Assembly: GCA_002269645.1 (NCBI GenBank)
Contig: NIVC01000785.1
Span: 186,001-250,000, forward strand
Direction of reading: 5' to 3'
Length of the DNA stretch: 64,000 bases
Source of the DNA: Macrostomum lignano
Lineage: Eukaryota
Within the stretch, counting starts at the first letter, position 1. Each line of letters opens with the position of its first letter. A model generated the notes under the pieces. The model worked only from the letters and a program-made list of their open reading frames with translations, made no database searches and was not told the DNA's origin. The position numbers and the translations under genes are program-made. Of the stretch, positions 49,227 to 62,716 are shown one piece after another.

Positions 49227-50949
49227 TTCTTTGCAATGTAGTTGATCAAAATGGCAATCAAACATAGCATTAAACAGTGAGATAAGGAGTTCCTACGACA
49301 TTAAGTATAAAGCATAAAGCGTAAAGCTACGCATTAAGCACTTATAAGCATTCTAAGGAATTAGCGAGTAAAATTTCTCAATACTCGAAAAATACTGATT
49401 TGAAAGCATAACTTAGTTACCTGAACATTTTGCAGTAAACAGTTTTAACAAAAGAAAATTTACAACGTATTTTGAACTTTGAAATAAAAGCATAGTTGCT
49501 AAACGAAAGAATTAAAACTGACGATAATACAATAAATTCAACTTATAATGAATAACCTTTGCTACTTCATTTTTTTCATTTTTATAAATTGTGAAACAAC
49601 CTTTCATGTTACCTAATAAGTTCCAATGGGGTCGTTCTCAAAGCTAGGTCACAACTTTTTGTTATTGCAAAAAAAGTTTATACATCGACCAATAATCGTA
49701 CAAAAAAAATTATTTCGACAATTTCTGTAAGAAGCTGCTACTAAAACCACAAGAAAACTTGAAATTGAGAAGAAATCAAGGCTATTTGTTATTCTTTGTT
49801 GCGGAAAATAAACGACAAAAATATTAAAGAGAAAATAAAATTTTCTTCTATTTTTATTTTAAATATGCAGTTAAATTTCTTTTGCAAAAATAAAAGAACA
49901 AGAAATTGACAAAGGAAATGTTTTTGAGCACAGCATTTTGTTACTCTGCTCTAATTCCCAGACATTTAAAATTATCGTGTGCGAAAAAGTGCGAAATTAT
50001 TATAGCATGCACTCGAAAGGACTTCGATCAGTTTAACTAATCACTGAATTAAGAAGTCTAAATAAGTCTTGAAAGGTTGAATTAAAAATCAAGTTTTCAC
50101 TATGTATATTTTCAAAGTCAAGATGATTCGACAAATAAAGAATGTTCATTTTTACGGTGAATAGAATTGTTCATTTTTACATTAAATATAATAAAATCTA
50201 ACTAATAATAGAAAAAGTCAGGGAACTATCCTTGAACACCAAAAAGCACATTGTGGATTTAATATCAACTGCATGTTCCTTAATAAAGGAATTCGGATTC
50301 TAGTATATATTTGATTATTTGTAGCATAATTTCTGAAAACTATAACTTGCTTGATTTTACTTTAAGTAGTTATTACATTAATACTTATACCAAAGCTACA
50401 TGTACTTAAAATAAAAAATTATAGTTACTTATTAGACATTTTACTCCAATTAACTTGAAATAATTCAAATTTATTTTAATTAATTCATTTTTTGAAACTT
50501 TTTGGAAAATAGACAAAATTGAATTATTTAATTACCAAAAACCTACTAGCTTAACTAAAATAGCAATTAGTCTTTAAGAAAAGAATTCACTTGTTAATTG
50601 AGAAAAATGAGGATGTGCGAGGTGTAAAAATGCGAAAGAGCATGCAGGAAACAGAGACAAACAAAAATGTAGGTAAAAGACACTGCACATGCACATAATA
50701 TGATAACCAGACATAATGTCACGTTATTGGCGTAGCGGCCAGCTATGCGGTGACCCTTAAAAGGGCCGTTTTAGTCCCAAAATAAGTTGAAGTCAATTCT
50801 TGTAAAGCGGATTTTGTAGCGGAGCACTTGGCGATAAAGGCAGGAACTGCCGTAGTTGTCTTTATTGTTAATATCAGTATTAAGCTTGGTTGTTACTGGC
50901 AATAAACAGACTATAGCTTTCTGGGCACTGGCGGCTGCAACAATGGGTT

Positions 50950-51720
50950 GAATATAATTTGGATATGAAGTCAAGTGGCAGGCGAATGACACAATGGCGA
51001 CGTGACGTGAGCAGTGGCTATGAGCACAGTGAAGGCAGTGAAACGTAGTGGCGAGTTGGCGTCGGTCGTGGCGTTAAACAGTCAAGTAAGTGTGTGAGCA
51101 GGCTGGCCCAGACAGAAGGGCCGTGGTGAGAAATAAGGAGGCTCGAGGCAGCCAGACAAACAGATAAGACAGCTAAGAGGCCGCAGGGAAGGAAACAAGG
51201 AACAAGCGGGGAGTGCCGCCGCCAGGCGGGGGGGGGTTTAATAAAAGAGCGCAGAGGGGGTAGCGCGAGCACGAGTGATTTCATTGGCTGGCGAGAGAAC
51301 TTAAAATTATCGATCGTGCCAATTTTATACGGTTGCGAGAGAGGATAGCAAAATATACAATGAATTATAAATTGCCACAAAATCGTTGGGCACTACTACA
51401 AGTAAACGTCGCAATAAACGAATGGAAAAGTTTAGTTGAAACGGTGAAACTGAAGGGTTGAATGACTATGGAGAACAGCAGTCCAACGGCCCTTTTCGGG
51501 ACCACCTTAAACTGACAACGTCACAATAATGCGCACACTGAAACACCAGTAGCAATGACGCCCAAGCTTTTGATGATCACAAGCGAAAAGGCAAAACCCA
51601 GCCATCAATCAAAGAAGTAGACTTTAGCACGCATCTTGAGTGCATCACGCATTTTTTGCAGAGAAGCTCGAAAATTAACATTGTATTCTGTGCACAACCA
51701 CCAACTGCGACAGGGTCTGC
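50950..51720. promoter_or_regulatory. Candidate CpG-rich promoter region
   Basis: Non-repetitive, GC/CpG-rich; ATTGG at ~51291; plus-strand GTAAGT donor at ~51086; lies upstream of mei-P26-like (-) and of the 60034 exon (+). Inference. Confidence 0.35.
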
Positions 51721-54700
51721 CGGGGGATTTGTGGGCACGCGGTCGCGGATACAAATCGGAGGAGTCGCTGACCATTCTGAAATTACTAGCTAGTACATGT
51801 AATTTTGTGTATTAATATATTTAGCCCGCTTTATTTCTATGCTCTCGTCCGCCTCTCGTTAATGCATCCCCAGACCCCAGACTCTTGCAATAATCAAACT
51901 TATGATCGAACTATGCATGGCTTCCGTCCCTCGCTTTGAATCTCTCACCTCCCCATAGTTCCATCAACCTTACCTTAGTGGCTTCCTATGCAAAAATCAT
52001 CCCTCCGCATCTTACACAGGCTACTTCAGGCTGTAGACTGTACTACACTTTTACTTCAGTAATTAGTTGCGCTATAAGGAATCTACATGCATTTTGCTCG
52101 CAGCGCAGCGCGTTGCTCAAAGAAGTTTAGTTCTATCTAGATATTCTAGTAATTTCAGGTTTGTCGATAGACTAGAGCTCATGAGATGAGAATTCCATTA
52201 ACTAGTACATTTAATATGAATGAACTGCGTGTGTGTGTGCTGTGCATACATATGTATAATATACGAGTAGTTTATGGGCCAAACTATTGTGTGGCACAAT
52301 TCTTGGCATCACTCAGCAGGCACAAGATGCAGTTAAGCAGCGCACGAAAATTCTACAAAAGAAATTGAGCCTGGTTGAGGTGATGCGAGGAGGCAGATCC
52401 ACACAATCTCAGTGAATACACCAGACTGCACCAGATACGAGTCCAGTCGAATGAGTGCACTGGTCTAAGCAGCACACGCATGTCCTTCTGACAATGACGG
52501 CACCTAGCTTCGTCCAAGCCTTTGCCAGCGTCACTGACAGCGTTAATACTACCATGCAGTGCCACCTGCAGCACCGACAACGGCAATTCCTCCAGTTAGC
52601 CCACAACAGTGGCTAAACTGAGGGACAGGGAACCTACCCACAGAAGACACACACATACACACACAGCACCGGCAGCAGCACTCTGACAGCATAACCTAAA
52701 GCTCCATGAGCTCAGTTTTCAAGCATTGAAGAAGCAGAAGCAGTCATCTTGGATCCAGGGATCAGGAAGAGTGTTGCATGTCCGACATGTGCTGTTTCCG
52801 TGGCAAAAGGTGATGGAGCAAATTAATCAACACTTACTATCTAGCTCGTATTAAGACTAAAAAACTGAGGCAAGCAGGGATTAAACCAAAGAAAATTTTT
52901 TACTATACTTTTTTACCATACTTTTACTATACTTCTATAGTATAGTAGAGAGGTAGGCCTACTCTATTTAAATGCAGTAAGAAGTGAAACAAATTTATAT
53001 ATTTAATTATTAAATTAAATTAATTCAAGGTAAATAACAAATTTAACCAATTTATTAGGAGTATTTATTATTATAATAAATTGATTTTTATACCTTACAC
53101 GAAATAAGCTCTACATTCATTTCTTAGCTTGGGGCCCATCTGTATAAGGTCAGTTTCTTCAAAATGCTGATTAATTAATTAAGGCCTGTTGTCTTTACTT
53201 AAATTTATAAGGGCATCTTAGAAGTTAATATTACTATATAATACATGTATAATAGTATTACTATATTATAATAATATAGTTGCAATTTTAATGACTATTA
53301 AATAAGTTTAAATGCTTCCCCTATTGACTCTAAATATATGGTATCTTTCCCTTCAGAAAAAATTAGCATAGAATGACTTGATGAAAACAAAAAAATCATT
53401 TAGAGATACACATTTGCTGATCATTCAGGTCAAATTTCAAGGTCCAGTTTTGCACATGTTTCTCTGTAGCTTGGTTACAAGGATTTTAATAAAAATATAA
53501 TAAATATGTCCAATGAACTAACTGATACATAGCCAAATTGAAGTATTTTCAAAAACAAAAAAAATCATTTGCTCAGTTTACTTTACTGGATATCTGTGTA
53601 AAATTTCAGCTCAAAAGGTGCTCCATGGAGAATGCTAGTGTGGTTACAGGATATTTATTTTGTGCTTCAAAGTAGGAGTTTATTGCGATGCATGGTTGCT
53701 TTTAATTATTTTTATCAACAATAGTGCTCTATTTCATAACAATTTTTTACAAAAAGATAATAAGACATGTTTTTCTAATTATCTGCATCAAAATGTATCA
53801 TTTTAAGCACGCATTCTAGACGTCAGCCGAAAAATACATTTTGTGAGACGCAAAGAGGCTATCCCACCGGAAATGCTAGGCGTACAGTTAAGCGTCTATA
53901 AAATCATTTGTAGTGCAGTTTATTGAGCTTTAAAAAATTCTTAAATTAAATTTATATAAGCTTTAATTTTAAATGTAATATAGCAAGGTTTCAACACAAC
54001 AACAACTTTTTTTAGCTACAGACATCTTGTAGTATCAAAAATTAACATCGGTGAAATGATTGAATTTGAATTTTTTCAATGCTAATTATCGCTTAATACC
54101 GCCAGATGATTAAAAACACTGTTGTATGATAAAGTTCAACCCAAAAATTATCTTTATTGACAGATAAAAGTGTCCTATTATTTTCAATATGGCAGTAATA
54201 ATAGTAAATGTTTGGAAAATTGTTAAAATTTTTGCTCCTCCTAGAATTTGCGAACGACCCAATGGCCCCATGAGCATGATTAAATGCATGCATGGTTCGT
54301 CGTCCCCTCTGCTTTTGTGATAGGGTAACGTCAGGTACTTGTGTATGTCCTTTTGCTCCTAGACTTGTCTCGCATTTTGCCAAAATAGACAAAACTGTCA
54401 CAAAAATTTCTATTCACCATCCCTAGACACTAAGACACCACTAACTAACCACTGACTAACTACCTAACTACCTAACTACCTAACTAACTAACCACTAGGC
54501 CTAGGCCTAACCACTAACACCACCGACTAGGCTTAACATTATTTAATATCTTAATATGTAATAATATATGTCGCCAAAATAGCTATCCATTCCTTTTGGT
54601 GTCTATATATTATTGCATTTTTGCATTGCATTTTTGCATTGCATTGCATTTGCATTTGCATTGCATTTGCATTGCATTTATTGCATTTTTGTTTACTCAC

Positions 54701-54950
54701 TTAAATTTAGGATGCTAGGCCTAGGGCCTATTTAAAAATTAAAATAAATAAATACTAAATAAAAATATTATGTAGCATAGCATCTTTATAATTATATGAA
54801 GAATAGCAGCATGTTTAACTCTTGACCAGCACTTATTTTTTTTATTTTACAAAGACATGTTTATGCACTTTTTACTTGATTGGTGGTTCTTTAAAATTAG
54901 GCCTAAAAAGGTCTAATAACAGAAATAGGTAGTGTATACCAAGACTGCCA

Positions 54951-57494
54951 CCATGGTCAGGAAGGTGCAGCGCGTGCGCCGTAATAACATCCATCAAAAT
55001 TTTTGTTGTGCGCCACATGCGCCAAGAAAAAAAATTACTTGTGTGCCATATGCCCAGAAAAATACACTTGAAAAAGCACCAAGTATTAAGTATCTAAATT
55101 GAATCAATACCAATTGAAGTTCAAGCAGTTCAATCATGGCTTCTATTTGCAAAATATTTAAGCAAAAAGGCACAACAAAAGCTGCAAAAGGCACAAATTT
55201 GTTAAGTAAAAAGTACATTGTACATGATATAGTCAGACATATATGTAGTAAGCATATGTATAAGTATAGTAAGCATTATAAGCATATACTAAGTATAAGT
55301 ATTAGGCCTAAGGCCTATTCACACCGGTCAAAGAGACCAAATTTTGTGTGATCATGTAATTTTTTTTATTGATTTTCATTCCTTTTGTGTCGTGTAAGTT
55401 GGTGGCTCACACCCTCACTCGATCGCAGTGTGAATGGGCCTCAGATAATAGGCCTAAGTGAAATAAATTGCATTGTCCTTCTCTACTCAACTCATAGACC
55501 AACCTACTCTAGCTAGACTCGTCACTGCTCCTCAGCTTCTGCTTCCTCAGCCAACTGACGCCGCTGATGCTGATACTGGCCAATGAAAGGACAGTGAGGG
55601 ATGGAGTTGCTGTGCCAGTCAACAATCTTGCTTACGCAATACTTTTTTGCTGCCTGCTGCTGAATGTCGTAGAAAAATGGGCCACGATAAGGCCGAAGAC
55701 CGCGTTGCCTGTCTCCGACAAAAAAGAGCCTAGCAGCTTTGTTCAAAAGCAGTCGGCACTCCGGCATATTTACTTTGAGGGGCAGCATCCAGCTTAGTTT
55801 AGTTCATAACGCTAGAGTGTCATTAGTTTGGCCCCTTTGCTGCTCCTGCAATCGCATTACTGAGTAATACATTTCAACTATCGCCTCTGAAATTAAAATA
55901 TATGTTGTTTCTCCTGTCTATTGTCATATTTTATAATTGCTAACAGTACTTGTAGCTCGTACTTTTAAACCTATTTCTATATACAGAAACTTTACAAGCA
56001 GAAAGAAACTTATATAGACATCAAAATACTTTAAGAATTACTAAAATACTTTATGAAAGGCATAAAAAAAATATTTTCACCTGTGCCTCCAAGGTGAAGC
56101 ACAAAGTCTAGCAAGCGGCATGCCTCCTGGCCAGCTGCTTTGTAAAGCCTTGGATCGGAGTACAGCGACCTGTACATGGCAGCTTTGTTCAGCCATACTG
56201 AGCTCTTGTATCCGGACTCAGTAGTCACAACAAGCTGCAATGAAGCGAAAGCACGTTTGGAGCACACAACTCTGAGCATACGACTCGTTTGATGGGCCCT
56301 TTCATGCTGGGTTCGAGCCAGGAATCGCAGCCAACACCAGACAAAAATTCCTGGTGAATGGCACCGGCATAGTCGGCCACGTACTTCCGAGCCAGCTGAG
56401 ACCTCACACGCAGACTCTAGTGCTTCTCAGCCTGCTCGACGAACTTCAGAATGGTGGCAGAGGTGGTGAACTCCTCAGTGCTAATTTTGGGGTTGGCGGA
56501 GGTCAGAAACAGGATAATATTAGTTGCATCCAATACCATCGCACTAGCAGCCACAGAGGAGTGCTTGTCAGCCTTCGCTATACATGATGAGAGGCTCTCA
56601 AGCAGGGCAGCAGACAGCCAGACCAAGTCCTGCTCCATGTCACGGAGGTCCCGAGCAGTCCAGTTGACACGCTGGTCTCTCTCGTCATCGTCCGTAAGCC
56701 AGCTGTCAAGCAGGGGCACACCGCAGAATGTACCACCTGTTGATAGAATTTGATTTATTGAAAATATGTTGCTTGGGCTAGCTTATAGAAATTTTTATAA
56801 ATTAATAAAAATAAGATTTAGCACCCAGTCTGAGTCTACCTGGATGAAGTGATCCGTAACAAGCTTTTAGCCTCGGATAATCCTCGACATTAAAGCCTCA
56901 AGCTCGGCATTCTAAGAAGCTAGCCACCTTCAGAATATCATGATATATGATATTCGATATTGATAATTGATAGTCATCATTGGAAATTTGGAATTTGACT
57001 CCACTTGGAGTTGGACGACCCACCTTTGGCATTTTTACTGATGGTAGTAGCCGTGCCCGTAACTCCAACTTCAAAATCTGCATCACGATCACTGTCACTG
57101 TCACTTGAGTGACTTGACCTTGACTTACTCATACTGAACTGAACTCAAGATGCTCCAACTTGCTCCATTGCTCGTTGCTTTGCAATCATTAAAAGCTATG
57201 ATTTATGAAATTTGAAATAGAAACAACATTGGAAATAATGACTATCATATCGACTATCGTTTATTTTATTGATTGATTGACATTTAATATACGTTTTTTT
57301 ATTATTCATTATTATATTGTCACGTACACTGACATACCTTGTGCACCATGCGCCAAGCCATGCACCAATGCACCGAGCCATGCGCCGATGTGCCGAGCCC
57401 ATGCGCGCGGCGCAGTGAAGTGTGCGCCGTGTGCCAGCAAATTGCTGATTTGCGCCAGAAAATTCCGAGGATTCTACCATCTTCCTGGCTGTGG
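54951..57494 (-). mobile_element. hAT DNA transposon, 2.5 kb, non-functional
   Basis: 14-bp TIR (11/14, CCA(T/C)(G/A)G(T/C)CAGGAAG); perfect 8-bp TSD GACTGCCA; TGCGCC subterminal repeats; internal transposase remnant. Confidence 0.88.
55522..57132 (-). pseudogene. Intron-containing hAT-like transposase pseudogene
   Basis: Phase-1 splices join SLHP-G-GTFCG (acceptor at 56736) and LGGT-E-AIVEMYYSVM (56081 to 55886), resembling the hAT C-terminal EAxVExxxSxM motif; premature TAG/TGA codons and a frameshift; probable internal deletion. Confidence 0.72.
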
Positions 57495-57600
57495 GACTGC
57501 CACACTTGAAAAGCTAGGGAGGAATTTGGCTCAATGTTTTATTGGATAGTGCTAAAGAAGAGATAAGTGGGTAGGAAAGCCAGTAAAACAAGGCTGTGAG

Positions 57601-57994
57601 CTAGGTTTTTTGGGTTATATAGGGTTTTTGTTTTTTGGCCCCTTGAAAATCTCATTGGCAACTGGATTTTTGGCATCAGAGGCCAATCTGGCACTTCATT
57701 TCCTTGTGCCAGTTGCCACTTTCAGAAAATGATTTTGCAAATGTAATAAAAGTGCCATATGAATCTAAGTTGTGGCAAATACTAAGTTGCAAAAATTGCC
57801 AATGTCAATAACAAGTCCCAGATAGTCTCATTCCCATAGTCATATAGTGCATACATGTTTAATGAGCCTCGGAAATATCTATCCTCAAGAATGTGGCTAG
57901 TTGCCAATGGGCAACCAAAAATAGCCATTGGCAACTAGATTTTAGGCCCCAAGGGCCAGCTGGCATCTAAATTTCCAACCTTAAAAAAACCCAG
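57601..57994. mobile_element. Old hAT-type MITE
   Basis: Termini CT(A/G)GGTTTTTT; flanks GCTGTGAG vs GCTGTAAA (6/8); TGGCAAC/GTTGCCA subterminal repeats. Confidence 0.55.
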
Positions 57995-58556
57995 GCTGTA
58001 AAAGAGGTACCTGTGAGAGGAATAGCAATGCTAGAAGATTGGTAGCTCCCTTTCAAAACTAGTAGCCAGTAATAGGCCCTAGCTGTGGCAAATAAGCTAT
58101 ACCAAATAGGCTATGCACGAAATAGGCTATGAGTAGGCCATTGGGAAGTTGCTTTTTTAAAAAGTACCAGCACCTTAACTAGTACTGGAAGTTATTATCC
58201 AGTACTGGGAACATAAAGGTTGGTAAACAGTAAAATACTTATAGACCTAGATATTTTTTAATTTTTGGTTATTTTTTAAAATAGGTTTTATTTTTCCTTT
58301 TGATTTCTTTTTGTAATGACTTTATAAAAAAAGAATTGAATTTATACCAGTTTTTTTAAAGTATTAGAATATTTATTTGCTAACACTAATAGAAAAATAA
58401 TCTAATCTAAACCAAAAGTATAAAGTAGTTTTTAAATCTAAAACCAATTTTAGATTAAATAAAATAGGGCCTATATGCAAATATACTAGGCCTTAGGCTA
58501 AATTAACATATCAAATAAGTTATATTAATAACTTAAACAGTATATTATTTTGCATG

Positions 58557-59639
58557 TGTAGTGGGCCGCTAGTTTAGTGTTTGGCGTTCCCCTTTGTTAG
58601 CAGTCTCCCTCGCTCTCGCCCTGGGTTGCTATCTCCCGCTGGTCAGCTTCCTACCCCCTTGGCCCATTTGTTGTTGCCCTTGGCTTGTTCTGCCCTTCCA
58701 GGTCTCTTTTCTTAGCCCTCAGCTTCTCTGCTGCAGGCTGTCTCTGTTTCATTCCCATCCCATTTTCCTCTGTCATGTGAGCAAGTCACATGATATATCT
58801 TGCATTCTTGGAGTCTTAAAGTGCAGTAAACATGTTTACTGCACTCGTTGGCCCTGTTTACCAAGAGAATCACATGCCTTCGGACCCCTATCTTCTCTAA
58901 GGAGAGGAGTGACTCATGTTGCTAAAAATAGCAACTGAGTCACAGCCACATGTACTTTGGCCAGAGACCTCAAGTGATGTCAGTTCTAAAAATAGAACAA
59001 GTCACAAGGTCTTGTGCGCACTGAGACACTGCCCCAAGACCTCAAATGACATCAGTTCTAAAAATAGAACAAGTCACAAGGTCTTTTGCACGGGAGAATC
59101 CTGGCTATAAATAGGACCCCTCTATTTAGTCACTTGTTTCCATCAATGAGTCTTTGCCGGAGTCTTTGCGTGCTTCTAAACTTCTAAGATCCCTTGTGCA
59201 TTATTGACTGAACTAAGTGCCCTTTGCTTACACTGAATCTGCTTGTACTGGTCTGACTAAGACCCCACTAAAGCCCAACCTCAAGCCTACAAGAGGCTAA
59301 CTCAGCCCTCCCTGAACCAACCAAGCCTGGCAGGTGCTGCTGATGAGATGCCTTGTATTGTTGAACTACAAATCTATACCCGGTGCTGAGTTTGTTGACT
59401 TTGTTATTTCATTCTGACAGGAAGCTCACCTCATTGAAGGCTGAGACCTGAAGTAACTGGTGGCAGCACTACCTATGCTACTAAGAGTTAAGAAGGCTTC
59501 CAAGTGAGAAAACAGAGAGCCCAAGTCACTATGCTAGACAGCAAGAGAAACCCCAAGACAACCATAAGTATTTCACTGGTGGCAGCAGTGGGATTTGAAG
59601 ACCTACCAGGCCACCCCGTAGACAACCATTAGTACTTCA
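58557..59639 (+). mobile_element. Solo LTR, copy 2 (old, CpG-decayed)
   Basis: Colinear with 4379-5494; TG...CA; TSD CATG/GATG (3/4); one PBS-like motif at 59577-59596. Confidence 0.87.
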
Positions 59640-60033
59640 GATGTTATTCTATATATTAGACCTATTATTTAGAATATTCTGTATAGTATTCCTACATTCT
59701 ATATATTTTGTGTATTACATATATTCTATAAATTATATATTTTTCCATTTTCATTTTTCTATAATGTGGATAAACTTTATAGGATATAGAATAATATTTT
59801 AATAATTCATGACTTACTCATAGCTTATTGTTTTTCATATAAAAGTTATAGTTTTTTGTATATTTAGAGTACAAGCATATTTAGCTATTGTATTTTCTAT
59901 TGTCCGTTTCAGATTTGTTTTATTAATATATAGCTTGAATCTAAAAGAAGTTAGCAACTAATCCTGACATTACTCTGCTTTGTTAAAGTGCACTTCCTGT
60001 GTGCTAGATTGTTGGAGAAATCTACTTCACAGG

Positions 60034-60280
60034 ATGCTGTTATTGCTATTGATAAGCACTTCGCTATTGGCGGCATCGCCTGTCAGAGCTGTTTGCCATA
60101 TTTGGCAGGACATTGTCAGCTATAGTTTGACCAAATCGCAGACAACTAGAGGTGGTATTTGTCACACTGACAAGCTGTTTCAACAGACTGGCCAGCTGAT
60201 GACGATTGCCATCACCTTGTACAGGTCTGACGAAATGTCGCTTTCTTATCGAAACAGTTTGCTGCACTTCAATGCCACTG
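60034..60280 (+). CDS. Probable first coding exon of a secreted or membrane protein
   Basis: Acceptor-like TTCACAG 1 nt before ATG; signal-peptide-like MLLLLLISTSLLAASPVRA; NAT sequon; phase-1 donor G/GTGAGG. No family recognised. Confidence 0.45.
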
Positions 60281-60505
60281 GTGAGGATTCATTTGGTTTT
60301 GAATGTTAAATTGAGTGCGTGTCTTTTCACGAAGCCAATATCTGATTGTTTTTTTGCCTGAGTCAGCCCGAGTTATTCAGCTCTGCATTTTTGTTTTCGG
60401 TTTTTGCTTTTGCCTGGCAGTTAATAATTATGTATTTATATAGATTTATACTATCAACAATTGTATATTATCTGTGGTCTCACCCCAAAGATTCTCAACC
60501 CATAG

Positions 60506-60728
60506 ACTCTCACCCCTCGCTAAGGAGTCTCAGCCCTAAGATTCTCACCCTTCGCTAAGGAGTCTCAGCCCTAAGATTCTCACCCCTCGCTAAGGAGTCT
60601 CAACCCTTAGACTCTCATCCATCGCTAGGGAGTCTCAACCCTAAGACTCTCACCCTTCGCTAAGGAGTCTCAGCCCTAAGATTCTCGCCCCTCTCCAAGG
60701 AGTCTCAACCCTAAGACTCTCACCCCTC
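60506..60728. repeat. 35-bp minisatellite
   Basis: CTCACCCCTCGCTAAGGAGTCTCAGCCCTAAGATT, about 6 copies. Confidence 0.92.
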
Positions 60729-61043
60729 TCAAAATCTCACTCTAACCTCAGTTTTTACCTATTTCTATGTTAAATGTTTAATCTCTTTTAAACTGCTCTT
60801 TTCGTGCTTGGATTGCTTTTATTATTAAGTAACGGTTTGAAACCGTTTTAAAACGCTTCTATTGTCTTTTTATGCGTGCCTGAGGCTGCTAATTTAACAA
60901 AAAGCTTTTGTTTAGCCACTGTTTTTTGAGAGGGCTTGTTTAATTTTATATTGAACTCGTTCTCGTCGATTTTTTTTACTGTTCTTCAATCGTTGTTTGC
61001 GTGTCTCACGCAGTTCCAAGGCCTGCTACCTAAGCGGGTAGGA

Positions 61044-61046
<3 letters not shown>

Positions 61047-61112
<66 letters not shown>
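61047..61112. repeat. (GA)33 microsatellite
   Basis: Perfect run. Confidence 0.98.
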
Positions 61113-61114
<2 letters not shown>

Positions 61115-61802
61115 CCAATCCGTGCATTTTATTTCAGGTGCATTGCGAGATACAAAAATTGTCAAATGTAAACCCGGTGCATTCTGGCTTGCCGGCTTTA
61201 CTCTGTGAAAAGAAAGGGTTGGGGGGGGGCGTTAGCTGTCACGGGTTTGTTCTCCGGGCAGCCCCGGTCCAGGAGAACTAATAATCAGAGTCTGGTGCGA
61301 TATAACTTGTCTGCATTCACAAATCTTAGATGAAAATATCAATATTTATATTTAGAAATAAATTTTCTATATCTCCCGGAGCTACGAAAATTTTATTTTG
61401 GTTTTAAATGTGAGCAAAGTTTGTACAAAAAAATCGTGTAAACAAAAATGACGTTAAAAAACGGGTAAGAGTTGTTAGTCCGGAGCTCTGGCTCTAGACC
61501 GCCTTGACCGGAGCTGACCTCTTTCTGTTTGCTTTTCTTTTTAGTTCAGGTCGTCAGTTCACTGCTTGTAAGATAAGTGTTTTTTTGTCGTCGCTATTTC
61601 TAAATACGCTTGTAGCTCTTCAGCTCTTGTTTTGTTTCAGGCGCGTGTAGGTTTTGTAGTTAAACGAGTTCGGGGTCATAAAAACTTTGCAATGGTTATA
61701 AATTTAGCGGCATACTATGAGTAAGAGCCAAACTATGAGCTATTGACTTAGGCAGGTCGGCTCAAAGGGTAAACGTATCTGACTCTTGTATCGGGGTCGG
61801 GG

Positions 61803-62716
61803 CTGGATCTCGGGACAATTCAGGACTGAATCTCGGGACAATTCGGGACTGAATCTCGGGACAATTCAGGACTGAATCTCGGGACAATTCGGGACTGAAT
61901 CTCGGGACAATCTGGACTGAATCTCGGGACAATCTGGACTGGATCTCGGGACAATTCGGGACTGAATCTCGGGACAATCTGGACTGGATCTCGGGACAAT
62001 CTGGACTGGATCTCGGGACAATTCGGGACTGGATCTCGGGACAATTCGGGACTGGATCTCGGGACAATTCGGGACTGGATCTTGGGACAAGTCGGGACTG
62101 AATCTCGGGACAATCTGGACTGAATCTTGGGACAAGTCGGGACTGAATCTCGGGGCATTTCAGGGACTGGATCTCGGGACAATTCGGGATTGGATCTCGG
62201 GACAATTCGGGACTCGATCTCGGGACATTTCGGGACTGGATCTCTGGACAATTCAGGACTGGATCTCGGGACAATTCAGGACTGAATCTCGGGACAATTC
62301 GGGACTGAATCTCGGGACAATTCAGGACTGGATCTCGGGACAATTCAGGACTGAATCTCGGGACAATCTGGACTGGATCTCGGGACGATTCGGGACTGGA
62401 TTTTGGGACAATTCGGGACTGGATCTCGGGACAATTCGGGACTGGATCTCGGGACAATCTGGACTGAATCTCGGGACAATTCGGGACTGAATCTCAAGAC
62501 AATCTGGACTGAATCTCGGGACAATCTGGACTGGATCTCGGGACAATTCGGGACTGGATCTCGGGACAGTTCAGGACTGAATCTCGGGACAATTCGGGAC
62601 TGGATCTCGGGACATTTCAGGGACTGGATCTCGGGACAATCTGGACTGAATCTCGGGACAATCTGGACTGGATCTTGGGACAAGTCGGGACTGGATCTCG
62701 GGACAATTCAGGACTG
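61803..62716. repeat. 22-23 bp satellite (GGGACTGGATCTCGGGACAATTC)n
   Basis: About 40 units; explains the SRDPVPNCPEIQ ORFs. Confidence 0.97.
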
